DNA from: Octopus vulgaris
Lineage: Eukaryota
DNA: 64,000 nucleotides
Reading direction: 5' to 3'
Assembly (NCBI GenBank): GCA_951406725.2
Contig: OX597816.1
Span: forward strand, 137,578,001-137,642,000
Made by a program: the position numbers and the translations under genes. Under the pieces are notes generated by a model. The model did not search any database. It was not told where the DNA came from and worked only from the letters and a program-made list of their open reading frames with translations. This document shows, one piece after another, positions 61,335-64,000 of this stretch. Numbering within the stretch: the stretch's first letter is position 1; each line of letters begins with the position of its first letter.

Positions 61335-61697
61335 CGTTGCAGCCGGCACCACAACCACCACCTAATCACTTCCACCACCACCACCACCACCACCACCACC
61401 ACCACCACCACCTAACCAACACCACCACCGTCGCCACTGTCACCACCGTCACGACAACTACAACCATTGCAACGACCACCATCACTACTGCCACTAGCAA
61501 AACCATCACCACAACCACCACCACCATCACCACCACCACCACCACCACCACCACTAACACAACTACCACCACCACCACAACCGACACCACCATCCACTAT
61601 CAGCAACATCACAATTACAATCACCACCACCACCACCACCACCACCACCACCACCAATAACAACTACAATGATAATAACATTCAGAACAACGTCAAT

Positions 61698-61740
<43 letters not shown>

Positions 61741-61800
61741 ACATCGTCATCAACATCATCATTATCATCATCAACAACAACAGCAGCAAGGGCAGCAAGC
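61335..61800. repeat. (CAC)n/(CAT)n degenerate triplet tract
   Basis: Visible directly. Confidence 0.9.
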
Positions 61801-62334
61801 AATGAGAGCATCGCGGGAACAGCTGACATCTTAATTATTGTCAACCAATTTATGGAGCGAAGGGGTAGACGATGAAGTGGTGGTCGTGGATTGATTGTAG
61901 ATCGGGGAAATAAGGTATTCGGTGACTGAATACATGTGTCATAGTGAATTGGATTACATACTTGTTAAGATATTAAGTATTATATATATATATAAAAGAC
62001 GATAACAACTGAACTACGGTACAGGAACCAGACTAGACACACACACACACTCACACATACACGCATGTTGTATGTGGTGCAGTTACGATTGACCAATTAA
62101 ATGCATTGACATCTGGTGACACTTGTTGGCCGTGCTGCTGGTGGTGTTGAGAGTGTTTTTATTGCTAGTCTTGTTGTTGTTGCTGTTGCTAGTAGTGGTA
62201 TTGTTGCTGTTTCTGTTGTTGTTGTTGTTGTTTGTAGTGGTTATGGTGGTGTTTTGTCTCTGTTCAACCTCGGTCGATCAGATCTATCGAGATCTAAGAT
62301 ATTCCTGACAGAACAGTCATGAAGAGAATGAATG

Positions 62335-63310
62335 CAGCATGGCCAAATGGTTAAGAAGTTCGCGCGCTGGAGTCATGAGCTTTCGGGTTCGATTCTCCCA
62401 AAGGTCAACTCAAGCCGCGTGAATGAAATCTAGCACACGGAAACTACAGAAACCTGTTGAATACAAGGTACTTCTAATTATTCAAAGGAGCAATCTTCAC
62501 ACACGGTGTTACGGCAAGGGTATTTTCTGTGACGGTGCATGACTCAGTGGTTAGAGCGTCGGCCTACAATCATAAGGTAGTGAGTTCGACTTTCGGACCG
62601 GGCTGTGTGTTATGTTCTTGAGCAAGACACTTTATTTCACGCTGCTTCAGTTACTCATTGGTAGAAATGAGTTGCCGAGTTGTGTTGGCCCATGCCTTTC
62701 CCATAGATAACGTCGGTGACGTGAAGAGGGGAAGCTGGTATGCATGAGCGACTGCTGGTCTTCCATAAACAGTCTCGCCAGACTTGTACCTTGGAGGATA
62801 ACTTTCTAGGCGCAATCCCATGGTCATTCATGATCGAAGAGGATGAAGGGCTTTTACCCTTTTATATTCTGCGGAATATTCAGCCACTTACATGCTGATT
62901 CAATGAACAGGTAATTCCGTTGATCGAACAACTGAATAATAATCATTGAAACCGACGGAGATCCGTTCACTTATCTTTTTTCATCTTTTAATTGTTTCAG
63001 TCACTGGACTGCAGCCATGGTAGGGCATTGTCTTAAGATGTTTCAGTCGAACGAATCAACCCCAGGATTTATTTATTCTTAAGCTCAGGACTTATTCTAT
63101 CGATCCCTTTTACCCAACCGATACATTACAGGGACGTAAACAAACCAGCAGCGGTTTTCAAGAGGTGTGGGGACAAACACAAAGAACCCCTCTCACACAC
63201 ACACACAACCTTATCGAAATTTACTCACAATGCATTGGTCAGTCTGGAGCTAAAATGAAAGATACTTGTCTAAGGTGCTGCAAAGCAAGTTTCTTTACCA
63301 CACAGCCTGT
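62335..63310. mobile_element. SINE cluster (tRNA-headed SINE from 62335, family C at 62534-62860 +, family A at 62975-63310 -)
   Basis: tRNA-like heads (gcatggccaaatggttaag; gcatgactcagtggttagagcgtcgg) and family motifs. Confidence 0.75.
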
Positions 63311-64000
63311 ATGGTTCTTTCCTTCTTCAAAAAGGCAGATGTGAATTAAGGAAAACTTGTCTGCTATTTCTAACATATCATACAGCTACACAGAGTTTCC
63401 CTCCCTTCCTATTACAGCTGACCAATGGCAGCTCGTGTATAGGCACTGTATAGGCACCCTCTATTTCCATTCGATATTATTGATATCATTCAATATGAGT
63501 CCTTGTTTCTTTAATTCTTTCTTTATATTTGTGCATTATATAATCCTTAAGCTTAATGTCAGTAGCCATATCCTTGTATAGAATTGTGCGCTTCACAGTT
63601 CCAGCGACGCGGTGTTGGTTGCCGTGCGCATGCTCACATGTTCGAGATAGGTGTGTTGGTGAACGGTAGTGTTTCTTCGTGACTGCGTGTGCTGTGCTTA
63701 AACGTGTTTATATTCTTGAATGTGATAAGGTGTAGAATTAGAAAATGATCCTGCTTCCAGTTTCAGTGTTAGTGCCAGGATTTGAAAAATAGGGCTCATT
63801 CTCCTACCTCATATTTTGTGATTTAGGGGGGATTTTTGAAAAACAAAGGGGAAATCGCGGCGGTTTTCCGTGAACAAATTAAACACACTACCCGGCAGTG
63901 GCTAAAACGCGAACCGATCAAATTTATGATTAAATTTTCTTTTTATATGTTTGTTTCCTTTTACGCAATATTAAAACAACGGCTAAAGATTTTCTGAAGC

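Overview
Eukaryotic, AT-rich, repeat-dominated non-coding DNA. The SINE families and the microsatellite load strongly suggest a coleoid cephalopod, most likely Octopus (inference from recognised repeat families). I find no convincing host protein-coding exon, and almost all listed ORFs are translated microsatellites. The window holds three tRNA-derived SINE families in many copies, and decayed non-LTR retrotransposons (CR1-type, many R4/Dong-type RLE fragments beside (TAA)n, a Tx1/L1-type endonuclease region, a probable RTE 5' end). It also holds full-length decayed DD37D and DD41D Tc1/mariner elements, MITEs, and Penelope-like element (PLE) fragments of three apparent clades. The most interesting signal is a set of sequence-unrelated type I hammerhead ribozyme (HHR) motifs, some with variant cores. 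Two sit in ORF-less, terminally redundant units of about 344 and 363 nt, each preceded by an inverted partial copy, which resembles retrozymes or pLTR-only mini-elements with a tandem or circular RNA template. A tRNA-like Pol III cassette at 58.4-59.7 kb shows a similar tandem-plus-inverted layout. All family assignments are by eye from motifs, without database searches.
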